Source: an uncultured Gammaproteobacteria bacterium | Lineage (GTDB): Bacteria > Pseudomonadota > Gammaproteobacteria > Steroidobacterales > Steroidobacteraceae | Assembly: GCA_963746325.1 (NCBI GenBank) | Contig: CAVVBC010000010.1 | Span: 5,493-69,492, forward strand | DNA: 64,000 bases | Direction: 5' to 3' | In this document: piece after piece, positions 43,446 through 53,858 of the stretch | Numbering within the stretch: position 1 is the stretch's first letter | How the letters are laid out: every line of letters begins with the position of its first letter | Notes under the pieces: generated by a model | What the model was told of the DNA's origin: nothing | Seen by the model: only the letters and a program-made list of their open reading frames with translations | Database searches by the model: none | Translations under genes and position numbers: made by a program

Positions 43446-44081
43446 ATGACCGGCGCAGCCGACACGTACACCACCGTCGGCTACAGCTCGCCGAGCTTCA
43501 GCGCCGGTCAGCGACCGGCGGTGCTGGTCGTCGACTTCCAGCTGGCCTTCACGGACCCGCGCTGGCCGCTCGGCGGACTGCCGCTGATACACGCCGCGCG
43601 TGACCGTACGGCGCACCTGCTCGACCTCGCGCGGGCGAAGAACGTCCCCGTCGCGGCGTGCTACACCGCTTATGGCAGCCTGGCCGACATGCCGTTCTGG
43701 AAGGTGAAGCCGGTGCGCGACGAGTTCTACTACGGGGATCCCTGCACGGCGATGGATCCGAAAATCCACCACGAGAAGAATTTCACTTACTGCAAGAACG
43801 CGCCGTCGATGTTCTTCCAGACCCCGCTGATCACTTTCCTGGTGAAGCAGCAGGTGGATACCGTCATCGTCACTGGCTGCACCACCAGCGGCTGCGTGCG
43901 CGCGACGATCGTGGACGCGTTCTCCTACGGCTTCCGGGTCATCGTGCCGGACGAGTGCTGCGGCGACGCCGAGGAAGCGCCGCACCGGTCGAATCTCGCC
44001 GACGTCGGTCGACGCTATGCGGACGTGACGACCACCGCCGAGGTCGTGAAGTACATCGATGGACTAAGCGCCGCGCGCTGA
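43446..44081 (+). CDS. isochorismatase-family cysteine hydrolase (second copy)
   Basis: 211 aa with AVLVVDFQ, KNAPSMFFQT and VTGCTTSGCVRAT. Confidence 0.8.
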   Translation: MTGAADTYTTVGYSSPSFSAGQRPAVLVVDFQLAFTDPRWPLGGLPLIHAARDRTAHLLDLARAKNVPVAACYTAYGSLADMPFWKVKPVRDEFYYGDPCTAMDPKIHHEKNFTYCKNAPSMFFQTPLITFLVKQQVDTVIVTGCTTSGCVRATIVDAFSYGFRVIVPDECCGDAEEAPHRSNLADVGRRYADVTTTAEVVKYIDGLSAAR

Positions 44082-44105
44082 TCCGACATCGCGCTGTTCC
44101 CGCGA

Positions 44106-44137
44106 TGTCCTGCCGCGCTGGAAAGGCAGACATGCGC
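44106..44137 (+). repeat. conserved-loop hairpin element, truncated/degenerate copy F1 (arm end plus loop, no right arm)
   Basis: tgtcctgCCGCGCTGGAAAGGCAGACATGCGC differs from F2 by one deletion and one substitution. Confidence 0.7.
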
Positions 44138-44143
44138 TAGTTG

Positions 44144-44225
44144 CAGGCGCTCGACCCGGCATTGTCCTGCCGCGCTTGGAAAGGCAGACACGCGCGCGTC
44201 AGGACAATGCCGGGTCGAGCGCCTG
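44144..44225 (+). repeat. conserved-loop hairpin element, copy F2
   Basis: Arms 44144-44169 / 44200-44225 pair 26/26. Loop is ccgcGCTTGGAAAGGCAGACACGCGCgcgt. Confidence 0.9.
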
Positions 44226-44281
44226 ACATCACCGTCCTCCGTATCTTTTCCGAGTGCACGAAAGGCTGAGGCGCTGTTGCA

Positions 44282-44366
44282 ACTGCAGCGGTTGATCCGG
44301 GACCTTCCCCCGAGCGCGTGTCTGCCTTTCCAAGCTCGGGGGAAGGTCCCGGATCGACCGCCTGCA
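44282..44366 (-). repeat. conserved-loop hairpin element, copy G1
   Basis: Arms 44282-44310 / 44337-44366 pair at ~29 bp with 1 indel and 1 mismatch. Loop is GAGCGCGTGTCTGCCTTTCCAAGCTC. Confidence 0.9.
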
Positions 44367-44423
44367 GTGAGCACGTGTCTGCCTTTCCCAGTTCGCGGCA
44401 AGGTCCCGGATCGACCGCCTGCA
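44367..44423 (-). repeat. conserved-loop hairpin element, half copy G2 (loop variant plus second copy of the right arm)
   Basis: tgaGCACGTGTCTGCCTTTCCCAGTTCgc plus ggcaaggtcccggatcgaccgcctgcag. It has no left arm of its own. Confidence 0.8.
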
Positions 44424-44464
44424 GCCAGCGCGGATCTGCTGTCGGCGATTGGGAAAGGACACCC

Positions 44465-45713
44465 TCAGGAGGGCGCGGGCTCCGCGTCGTCGACCAGGGT
44501 CGCGACTGCGACATCGGCCGTCACGTTGCCGATGGTGCGGAAGATGTCCGGAATGATCTCGACCGCGACGAGGATGCCCAGCACCTCGATGGGCAGGCCG
44601 AGCGCAGCACAGATCGGTGCGACGCTCGCGATGAAGGACACCTGGCCAGGCAGTCCCACGGAACCGATGCTCACGGCGATCGCGACGAGGATGGCGCCCG
44701 CCATCTGCAGCACGCTCGGTTCGATTCCATACATCGCCGCAATGAAGAAGCACACGCCCAGGTTGCCGAGCGGACTCGTGTAGCGGAACACGGCGACGGC
44801 AAGCGGCAGCACGAGATGCGCCACGCGCGGGGTCACGCGCAGCCGCTCGCGCGCGCATTCGATCATCGCGGGCAGGGTTGCCAGCGAGCTCTGGGTGCTG
44901 GCGGCAACCACCTGCACGGGCGCGACGGCGACGGCGAACGTCCGCACACCCGCGTTGCTGCGCAAAGCCACCACGACGTAGATCGCAAGGATGGCGATCG
45001 CGATGACGAGGGCCACCGTGACCGCGTACTGCGCCAGCAGGCCGGCGGCGCCAACCCCGGCCTGGCGGCCGACGCCGAGGGCGAGCGCGAACACGCCGAG
45101 CGGCGCCAGCAGCAGCACCCAGTGCACGATGACGACCATCGCCTCGGCCATGGCGCTGAAGAAGTTCGTCAGCACGAGGCGTTGTGCGACGGGCAGGCGG
45201 GTGGCCGCGAAACCGAACAGCGTCGCGAACACGACCAGCGCGAGGATCGCGTTGTCGGCCGCCGCCGCGATGATGTTCGGCGGCAGCAATTGCTGCATCC
45301 ACTGGGACCAGTCGAGTCGTGTCGTCACCTGGGTCGCGTCGCTGCCGACTCCCGCGAGGAAGGCCTGCGCGGCGACCGGGTCGACGGGCCACAGTGCCAG
45401 CAAGGCCTGCGACAGGGTGACGGCGAGCACGCCGGCCAGCAGCAGCAGCGCGCCAAACCAGCCGATCGCCCGGGTGGCGAGTCGTCCGGTGGCCATCGCG
45501 TCCGCGACGCTGGCAACTGCCGAAACGAGCATGGCGAACACCAGCGGGCCCACCGTCATGCGCAGCGCGTTGAGCCAGAGCGTGCCGATCGACTTCGAGG
45601 ACCGTCGCGAGCTGGTGGGCCGTCGCGCCGCCCGCGTGATCGATCCAGGCGCCTAAAGCGATGCCGGCGCCAAGCGCGCCAAGGACCAGCCAGTGACGTA
45701 GGGGTGCCACCAC
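44465..45713 (-). pseudogene. dicarboxylate/amino acid:cation symporter (DAACS family), one frameshift as given
   Basis: VVAPLRHWLVLGALGAGIALGAW...ATVL, then KSIGTLWLNALRMTVGPLVFAMLV...SSLATLPAM in another frame. The shift is near 45597. Confidence 0.8.
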
Positions 45714-45723
45714 GGATCCTGCG

Positions 45724-46527
45724 TCAGTTCGCCGCGAGCCAGTCGAACAAGGTCTGCGCAAACCGGATCTTCTGCTCCTTGCCGGCCACGACGTGCGCGA
45801 CGTCCTCCCACAGCACGCCCTTCGCCCCCGGGATGCCACGCTCGATCGGCAGCGTGGTGCGGGGAGCTGTCACGACGTCCTTGCCTGCGTGGATGATCAG
45901 CGACGGGCAGCGGATCTGCTCGAGCCGGTCGCTCGAGTTGAATCCGACGCAGGCATCGATCAGGCGTGCATGAGCAGCGTAGCGGCCGTTCAGTTCCTTC
46001 CACCCGCCGGCCGGGCCGAGCAGCCGCTGCTTGTGCGCGTTGTAGTATTCGGCGTCGAACGAGAGCAGGGTCACCGCCTCCTGGAATCGCTCGAAGCCGA
46101 GGTCACGATGGATCCAGCGGAACATCTCGAGCTGGTCGCGCAGGAAATCGTCGACCTCGCACCACGCGCCCATGTTGAGCATGCTGCGTGCGAGGTCGGG
46201 CCGGCGGATGGCGATTTCCTGGCACACGCAGGCGCCCATGCCCACCAGGCCCATGAGGTGCACGTTGCCCAGGCCGAGGTGATCGAGCAGGCCGATCGCG
46301 TCGTTCGCGTGCAGCTCCATCGTGGAGGGCACGCTCAGGTCGTCGCCCGATTCGCAGATGCCGCGATAATCGAAGACGATGACCTGGTACCGGTCGACGA
46401 GGCCTCGCGCGAGGTGATGGTGGTTGTCGTGGCAGAACGTGCCCCAGCCGCCCATGCACAGCACCGGGTCGCCCTGGCCCAGCACTTCGTAGTACATGTC
46501 GTGGCCGTTGATGCGGGCGATGGGCAT
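45724..46527 (-). CDS. alpha/beta hydrolase
   Basis: 267 aa with the nucleophile elbow context LMGLVGMGACV. The fold-typical length and HAGKD region fit. Confidence 0.7.
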   Translation of the reverse strand: MPIARINGHDMYYEVLGQGDPVLCMGGWGTFCHDNHHHLARGLVDRYQVIVFDYRGICESGDDLSVPSTMELHANDAIGLLDHLGLGNVHLMGLVGMGACVCQEIAIRRPDLARSMLNMGAWCEVDDFLRDQLEMFRWIHRDLGFERFQEAVTLLSFDAEYYNAHKQRLLGPAGGWKELNGRYAAHARLIDACVGFNSSDRLEQIRCPSLIIHAGKDVVTAPRTTLPIERGIPGAKGVLWEDVAHVVAGKEQKIRFAQTLFDWLAAN

Positions 46528-46705
46528 GCAGGATCACTCTGGCGGGTGCGGCCCGGAATGGGGCCGGCTGGATGATTTCACAGCGTGCGACGGCGGGTAA
46601 AGCTTGCCTCCCCGGGGTGCCTGCCGCCACGCCCGGGGTGGGATCGCTCCAGACGGCTTCCGGACTGGTAAAGTGACGCACTTTTCCTGAATCGCCCCTG
46701 GGGGG

Positions 46706-47779
46706 ATGCCGGTGACTCACGCTGCCATTACGGGCTGGGGCAAGTGCCTGCCGGCCAATGTCCTGACCAATGACGACCTGGCCACCTTCCTCGATACCAA
46801 CGACGAGTGGATCGTCTCGCGCACGGGCATCAAGGAGCGTCGCATCTCGCACGTCTCGCTGGAGGAGATGGCCTATGTCAGCTCGATGCGGGCACTGGCG
46901 GCGGCTGGTCTCGACCCGGCCGACGTCGAACTGATCGTCGTCGGCACCTGCAGCTTCGACGACCAGGTGCCGAACCAGGCGTCAGGCCTGCAGGTGCGGC
47001 TGGGGGCAAAGCGCGCGGCGGCGTACGACGTCAATACCGCGTGTACGAGCTTCCTCTATGCCCTCAGTACGGCCAACGCATTGATCCGCACGGGCGTCGT
47101 CAAGAACGCGGTGGTGGTCGGCGGCGAGTTGATTTCGGCGTTCATGGACTGGCGCAATCGCGGTGTCTGCGTGCTGTTCGGCGACGGCTGTGCAGCCGTC
47201 GTGCTGCAGGCAACCGACAATGTCGAAGGCCTGCTCGGCGAGAAGCTCGGCTGTGACAGCGAGGCCCGGTCGACGCTCGTGGTCGAAGGCATGGGTGGCC
47301 GCTACTGCAATGCCGGGCGGCAGTACGGCGCGACCTCGTGGATCTTCGAGGGTCCAGAGATCTTCAAGCGCGCCGTGCTTGGCATGTCCGGCGCCTGCGC
47401 CGACGTGCTCGAAGCCCAGGGTTACAAGGTCGACGACGTCGACGTCGTGATTCCGCACCAGGCCAACCTGCGCATCATGGATGCAGTGGCGAAGCGTGTC
47501 GGCGCGCCGGCGGACCGGATGTTCGTCAACGTGCACAAGTACGGCAACATGTCAGCGGCGACGGTCGCAGTGGCGTTGGTCGAAGCCATCGAAGAAGGCC
47601 GTGTCAAACCCGGCAGCCTGCTGCTGCTGCCGGCGTTCGGAGCGGGCCTGACGTATTGCGCGCACCTGGTGCGCTGGGGTGCGCGCACGACACCGCTCGG
47701 CACCACCGATGTCGAGCTGCCGCCGAGCGACCGGACAGCACTGGAAATCGTGCAGGGTTACCTGCGGCAGAAACCCTGA
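46706..47779 (+). CDS. 3-oxoacyl-ACP synthase III (FabH-like), stand-alone paralogue with C-terminal extension
   Basis: 357 aa with DEWIVSRTGIKERR, NTACTSFLYAL, PHQANLRI and YGNMSAAT. Confidence 0.8.
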   Translation: MPVTHAAITGWGKCLPANVLTNDDLATFLDTNDEWIVSRTGIKERRISHVSLEEMAYVSSMRALAAAGLDPADVELIVVGTCSFDDQVPNQASGLQVRLGAKRAAAYDVNTACTSFLYALSTANALIRTGVVKNAVVVGGELISAFMDWRNRGVCVLFGDGCAAVVLQATDNVEGLLGEKLGCDSEARSTLVVEGMGGRYCNAGRQYGATSWIFEGPEIFKRAVLGMSGACADVLEAQGYKVDDVDVVIPHQANLRIMDAVAKRVGAPADRMFVNVHKYGNMSAATVAVALVEAIEEGRVKPGSLLLLPAFGAGLTYCAHLVRWGARTTPLGTTDVELPPSDRTALEIVQGYLRQKP

Positions 47780-47818
47780 GGGGGCACCGGCGAAGATCGC
47801 CGGTGCCTTGCCCTGACC

Positions 47819-48688
47819 ATGGCTCCTGCCCGCAAGGCCTTGCTCCAGATCCACCTCTGCGTGGTGATCTGGGGCTTCACCGCGATCCTCGGCAAGCTGA
47901 TCTCGCTGCCAGCGTTTGCGCTCGTGTGGTGGCGCATGTTCCTGGTGGTCGTCGCGCTGGCTTTCATCCCCGCGTTCTGGCGCGGACTGCAGCGCATGAG
48001 CCTGCGAACCGTCGGCATCTTCGCCGGCATCGGCGTCGTCGTCGCGCTGCACTGGGTCACCTTCTACGGCGCGATCAAGCTCGCGAATGCCTCGGTCGCG
48101 GCGGCCTGCATGGGCGTGGCACCCCTCATGATGGCGGTCGTCGAGCCCTGGATCACGCGCAAGCGCTTCGATCCGCGCGAGCTGCTGATCGGCGTGGCCG
48201 CCGTGCCGGGGGTGCTGCTGGTCGTCGGCGGTACGCCGCAGGGCATGCGGCTGGGGATCGCGGCCGGGGTGCTCTCGGCCTTCCTGGTCTCGGTGTTTGG
48301 CTCGCTCAACAAGCGTTACGTCGAACTGGGCGAGCCGATGGCCGTGACCGGGCTCGAGCTTGCAGCGGGCACTGCATTCCTCACGCTGCTGGCCGTGTTG
48401 TTCGGCGGTGAGGCAACGCACCTGCCGCTCCCCGGCGTGCACGATGCCTGGCTGCTGCTGGTGCTGGCGCTCGCGTGCACCCTGTTCCCGTTTGCCTTGT
48501 CACTGGTCGCGCTGCGCAACCTGAGCGCGTTCAGCGCGCAGCTCGCCGTGAGTCTCGAGCCGGTATACGCCGTGTTTCTTGCCATCCTGCTGCTCGGCGA
48601 GCAGCGCGAACTGGGGCTGCAGTTCTATGCCGGGCTGGCAGTCATTCTCGGCAGCGTGTTTGCGCACGCATTGCTGAAACGCGCATGA
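47819..48688 (+). CDS. EamA/DMT family transporter
   Basis: 289 aa with 10 predicted TM-like hydrophobic segments in two EamA-like halves. Confidence 0.75.
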   Translation: MAPARKALLQIHLCVVIWGFTAILGKLISLPAFALVWWRMFLVVVALAFIPAFWRGLQRMSLRTVGIFAGIGVVVALHWVTFYGAIKLANASVAAACMGVAPLMMAVVEPWITRKRFDPRELLIGVAAVPGVLLVVGGTPQGMRLGIAAGVLSAFLVSVFGSLNKRYVELGEPMAVTGLELAAGTAFLTLLAVLFGGEATHLPLPGVHDAWLLLVLALACTLFPFALSLVALRNLSAFSAQLAVSLEPVYAVFLAILLLGEQRELGLQFYAGLAVILGSVFAHALLKRA

Positions 48689-48847
48689 ATCCAATCGCCG
48701 GGCTTGCGCGAGCCTATCATGCAGTCTTTGACGTAGGTCGACGCCTACGGGACAATCCCCGCGCGCACTGCAGCCTCCGGCCGCGTTTTCCCGGACGGCC
48801 TTATTCGTCTTGCACCTCCCCTCAATCGGGTTTCAGGAGATCTCGAA

Positions 48848-50084
48848 ATGGAATGTTTCGGTAGCGGGCGTTCCGCCGCGCTCACGTTGGCAGTTGCATT
48901 GGTCGTCGGTTCTGCCACCGCCGCGCCAGCGTCCGCGGAAGACACCGGCCGCAGCTTCGAGCTGTACGGCTTCGCGCAGGCCGATTTCATCCAGGACTTC
49001 GACGGCCGTCTCGACCCGGACTGGGACGATGCGTTCCGCCCCTCGAAGATCGGCATCGACGAGCAGTTCGGCAGCGACGGGCAGTCGAGCATCAGCGTCA
49101 AGCAGAGCCGCTTCGGCGTCAAAGGCAGCATGCCGACGGGCGAGGGCGGCACGCCGCTCACGCTTCAAGTTCGAGTTCGACCTGTTCGGCACCGGCGCCG
49201 ACGCCGGGCCAGACCACGTTCCGCCTGCGCCACGCCTACGGCGAGTGGGGCCCGCTGCTGGCGGGACAGACCAACACCCTGTTCATGGACGGCGACGTGT
49301 TCCCCAACACGATCGACTACTGGGGCCCGGCGGGCATGGTGTTCTACCGCAACGTGCAGCTCCGCTAGACGCCGTTCAAGTCGGACAACAGCCATTTCTC
49401 GATCGCCGATCGAGCGCCCGGGCAACGACATCGATTCCGGCAACCTGCGCCTGATCGAAGGCTTCGAAAACCTGCAGGTGCAGAACGACGAGACGCTGCC
49501 GGACCTGACCGCGCAGTACCGCTACGGCGGCGACTGGGGTCACGTGCAGGTCGGCGGGCATCCTGCGCAAGGTCGGCTTCGAGGTGCGCGAGTCGTCGGC
49601 CGATCGCTGGCGAAGCGGCAGCGAGACCGGCTGGGGCATCAACCTCGGCTCCTCGATCAACACGATCGGCAGCGACAAGATCCTGCTGCAGGTCGTGTAC
49701 GGCGAGGGCATCGCCAGCTACATGAACGACGGCGGCATGGACCTGGCGCCGACCGCGACGTTCGACGAGAACGCGGTGACCGACGTCGAGGCGGAGGCCA
49801 TCCCGCTCACGGGCGTCGTCGCCTACTACGACCACTACTGGACCCCGAAGTGGTCGAGCTCGATCGGCTACAGCTACACGGAAGTCGACAACACCAACTT
49901 CCAGGCGGCCGACACGTTCAACAAGGGCGAGTACGCCTCGGTGAACCTGCTGCACTTTCCGGGCGAGAACCTGATGCTCGGCGGCGAGTTCCTCTACGGC
50001 CGGCGCACCAACAACGACGGGGCGGACGGCGACGACATGCGCTTCCAGTTCACGGTCAAGTACAACTTCGGCATCAAGCTCTGA
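48848..50084 (+). pseudogene. outer-membrane porin (DcaP-like), about 4 frameshifts and one in-frame TAG as given
   Basis: A signal peptide, then FELYGFAQADFIQDF, FKFEFDLFGTGADAG, TTFRLRHAYGEWGPLLAGQTNTLF...NVQLR*TPFK, IERPGNDIDSGNL and the final 166-aa piece lie in alternating frames. The TAG is at 49366-49368. Confidence 0.6.
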
Positions 50085-50110
50085 TACCGAGCGAATCGAG
50101 GGACACGATC

Positions 50111-51146
50111 ATGAAAACTATCAACAGGAATTCGCTGGCCGCCGGGCTGGTGGCCACGCTGTCTCTCGCGCTGGCGGCGCCTGCATACGCGAAAGGGCCG
50201 CTGCCGGACCCGGCCGTCAAGGACTTCCAGCGCCTGGTCGACGCCGCCTACGCCAAGTACAAGGGGCTGCAGGACGGCAAGAACGCCGACTACATCCCGA
50301 TCCTGACCGAGACGCCGAGCGACCTGTTCGGCGTGGTGATCGTCACCAAGGACGGCAAGGTCTACAGCGCCGGCGACGTCGACTACCAGTTCTCGATCCA
50401 GTCCGTGTCGAAGCCGTTCACGGCCGCGCTGGTGATGACGCAGCAGGGCCCGGCGGTGCTCAAGGAGAAGATCGGCGTCGAGCCCACGGGCATGGCGTTC
50501 AACTCGAAGCTGGCGCTGTCGGTCTACGAGAACTCGGTGAATCCGCTGGTCAACGCCGGTGCGATCGCGGCCGTGAGCCTGGTGCAGGCCAAGTCCGAGG
50601 CGGACCGCTGGAACCAGGTGTCGCAGAACCTGAGCGACTTCGCCGGGCGCCCGCTGACCGTGCTGGAGAAGGTGTACGAGTCTGAATACACCACGGCCTT
50701 CGGCAATCGCGGCATCGCCAACCTGCTGTACAACTGGGGCCGTCTCTACAGCGACCCAGAGGAAGCGCTCGCGGGTGTATACGCGTGAGTGCTCGGTCGG
50801 TGTCAGCGCCAAGGACCTCGGCATGATGGGCGCGACGCTGGCCAACGGCGGCGTCAATCCGCTGACCAAGAAGCAGGTGATGCCGGCCAAGCACGTGCCG
50901 GAGCTGCTGGCGATCATGGCGACGGCCGGGTTCTATGACGAATCGGGCGACTGGATGTACACCGCGGGCTTGCCGGCCAAGACCGGCGTCGGCGGCGGCA
51001 TCGTGGCGGTCGTGCCGGGCCGGTTCGCGATCGCAGCGTTCTCGCCGCGCCTGAACGAGGCGGGCAACAGCGTCCGTTCGCTGAACGCCATCCGCGACAT
51101 CGCGGGTGAACTCGGCGTCGGCGTGTTCGGGGCGAATCCGGAGTGA
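50111..51146 (+). pseudogene. glsA: glutaminase A with signal peptide, one frameshift as given
   Basis: MKTINRNSLAAGLVATLSLALAAPAYA...SIQSVSKPF...NPLVNAGAI, then VYTRECSVGVSAKDLG...AKTGVGGGI in another frame. The shift is near 50775. Confidence 0.85.
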
Positions 51147-52277
51147 GCCGGCCTCGCTTGAGCGGTGCGGTCCTGCTTGCAGCCATCGCCTGCAGCTTCC
51201 CTGCCGTGTCGGCACTGGCGGCGAAGCCAAAGCCGCCCAAGCTGCCAGTGGACACGTGCGTGTTCAACGACGGCCACTTCCACCTCACCAACTACGTGCA
51301 GCAGGGAACGGACGCGGCGAAGTACGTCGACGAGATCATGGGCGACAAGGTCTGTCGCTCGACGCTCTTCGGAATCCCGTTGCAGCAGACCTGGGCCCAT
51401 GGGAATTCGGGCGACTTCGCGCCAACGTATTACCTGCAGACCGACGCGCCGCTCTATTACTACTCGTTCACCGACGCCTACATCGCGCGCGCCTTCCAGC
51501 GGTTGACACCCGCACAGCAGGCGCGACTCGATCCGATGATCACGGGGTTCAATCCCGCGGACATGTATGCCGCCGATCACATTCGACGCGTGCTCGAAAC
51601 GTTTCCGGGCGTGTTCACGGGCATCGGCGAGTTCACGATCCACAAGGAGTTCGTGTCGTCCAAGGTCGCGGGCGAAGTGGCGAGCCTGACCGACCCGGCG
51701 CTGGACCGCATCCTGCGAGTTTGCCGGTGAGGTCGGTCTCGTCGTCATCCTGCACAACGACATCGACATGCCGTTCGCCAAGGCCGGCGCCGAACCCGTC
51801 TATCTCACCCAGATGAAGGACCTGCTGCGTCGACATCCGCGCACGACGATCATCTGGGCGCACACCGGACTCGGCCGCGTCGTCCATCCTGTCCAGCCGC
51901 AGGCCGGCACCGAGGCGGCGGAGCGAAGTCCGAATCACGTCGAGATCCTGCAGGCGATGCTCGAGGATCCGACGCTCGCCCACGTGCACTTCGACATCTC
52001 GTGGGACGAGGTCGCCAAGTACGCAGTTTCGTCGCAGGCGGCCATCGATCGGTTGTCGCAGTTGCTGAACGCGTATCCTGATCGCTTCCTGTTCGGCACC
52101 GACAACGTCGCGCCGAGCGACCAGGCGACGCAGATGCGGGTCTACGACATGTGGCAGCCGATCTGGGCGAAACTGACGCCCGAGGCGAGCCGCAAGGTCC
52201 GGCTGGGTACCTACGAACGCCTGTTCGACGAGGCCCGGGGCAGGGTCCGCGCGTGGGAAGCGGCGAACGTCAAATGA
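51143..52277 (+). pseudogene. secreted amidohydrolase-family metal hydrolase, one frameshift as given
   Basis: Signal peptide, then DGHFHLTNY. The sequence continues EFAGEVGLVVILHNDIDMPFAKAG...WAHTG...FGTDN in another frame. The shift is near 51716. Confidence 0.65.
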
Positions 52278-52298
52278 TCGAACAGGGACCCTGCACGC

Positions 52299-53839
52299 AT
52301 GAACCAGCTCAGGATTGCAGTGGCGGCAGCGCTTGCGCTGTCGCCGGTGATGGTCAGCGCCGCCGACTCCTCGGTCGAGGCTCGGCTCAAGGCCCTCGAG
52401 GAGCGCCAGAACCAGCTGGAGCAGCAACTGGTCGAACGCGATGCGCGTATTCGCGAACTCGAAGCGCAGGCCAAGGCGCCGAACGCGCGTCGCCGGCGTT
52501 GCGCCCACGACCGTCGCGCCCGCGGCCGTCCAGGCTGCGCCTGCGGCAACCCCGCAGGCCCCGCAGGCTGCGACGGTGCGGCCGATGCGGCGGCCGCGGC
52601 CCCTGAGGCGGCGCAGTCCGATCGTGCCCCGCTCGAATCGGCCTGGGGCACCTACGAGGGCGGCAAGGGCCTGGTGCTGGCGAGGACGAGCCAGGGCGAG
52701 GTGGACTTCAGCGCGTTCACCTACCTGCGATACCTGAACCAGCGCGATGCTCGACGACAGCTACACGGACGCCTTTGGCCGGACCAAGGAACTCGACATC
52801 CGCGACGACCTGCAGCTGCAGAAAGTCATGCTCTTCTTCAAGGGCTGGCTCTTCGATCCCGATTTCCGCTACCAGTTCTATACCTGGACCTCGAACACCA
52901 GCCAGGGGCAGGGCGCGCAGGTGGTCGTGGCGGGCAACCTGAGCTACCGCTTCAACGATGCCTTCAGCCTGGCCGGCGGCATCGGCGGCCTGCCGAGCAC
53001 CCGCACCACCAACTACACGTTTCCGAACTGGCTCAAGGTGGATCACCGGACGATCGCCGACGAATTTTTCCGTGCGTCATACACCACCGGCATCTGGGCC
53101 TGGGGCGAGGTCGGCGATGGCGTCAGGTACCGGGTCATGGTCGGCAACAACCTGAGCCAGCTGGGCGTGGACGCCGGAAAGCTCGACAGCGGCCTGAACG
53201 CCTATTCCGGCGCGGTCTGGTGGATGCCGACCACCGGCGAGTACGGTCCCGGCGAAGGGTTTGGCGACTTCGAACATCACACTGAGTTCGCCACGCTGGT
53301 GGGCGCCAACTTGACGCACAGCCGCGAGGACGCGCAGAGCCAGCCAGGCGTGAACGATTTCTGGAACAGCCAGATCCGCCTGTCGGATGGCACGTTGATC
53401 TTCCAGGCCGATCCGTTCGGCACAGGCACGCAGATCAACAAGGCCACCTACCAGATGGCGGCCGTGAACGCCGGGTTCAAGTACCGCGGCTTCTCGCTGG
53501 ACGGCGAGTACTTACTGGCGCACGGTCGACGATTTCCGGGCTACCGGTCCGGTGCCGCGCAACAGCTTCGTCGATGATGGATTCCAGCTGCAGGGGTCGG
53601 CGATGCTGGTGCCGCAGACACTGCAGGCCTACGTCGCCGGCTCGAAGATCAATGGCCAGTACGGTGATCCGTGGGATGTGAGCGTTGGCGCGAACTGGTT
53701 TCCCTTCAAGCGCCGTGAACTCAGGCTCAATACCCAGTTCCTGTACCTCGACGAGTCGCCCGTGGGCAACACGGCGTCGCCGTTCATCGTCGGTGGCAAT
53801 GGCTGGGTGTTCACGACGGACGTGATGCTCAGCTTCTGA
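52299..53839 (+). pseudogene. outer-membrane beta-barrel porin-like protein with N-terminal coiled coil, at least 2 frameshifts as given
   Basis: Signal peptide, coiled coil (LKALEERQNQLEQQL) and barrel segments lie in 3 frames. It ends in the C-terminal VMLSF. Shifts are near 52745 and near 53515, with possibly more in the Ala/Pro linker. Confidence 0.6.
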
Positions 53840-53858
53840 CCGCGGCATTCAGCGGCGG

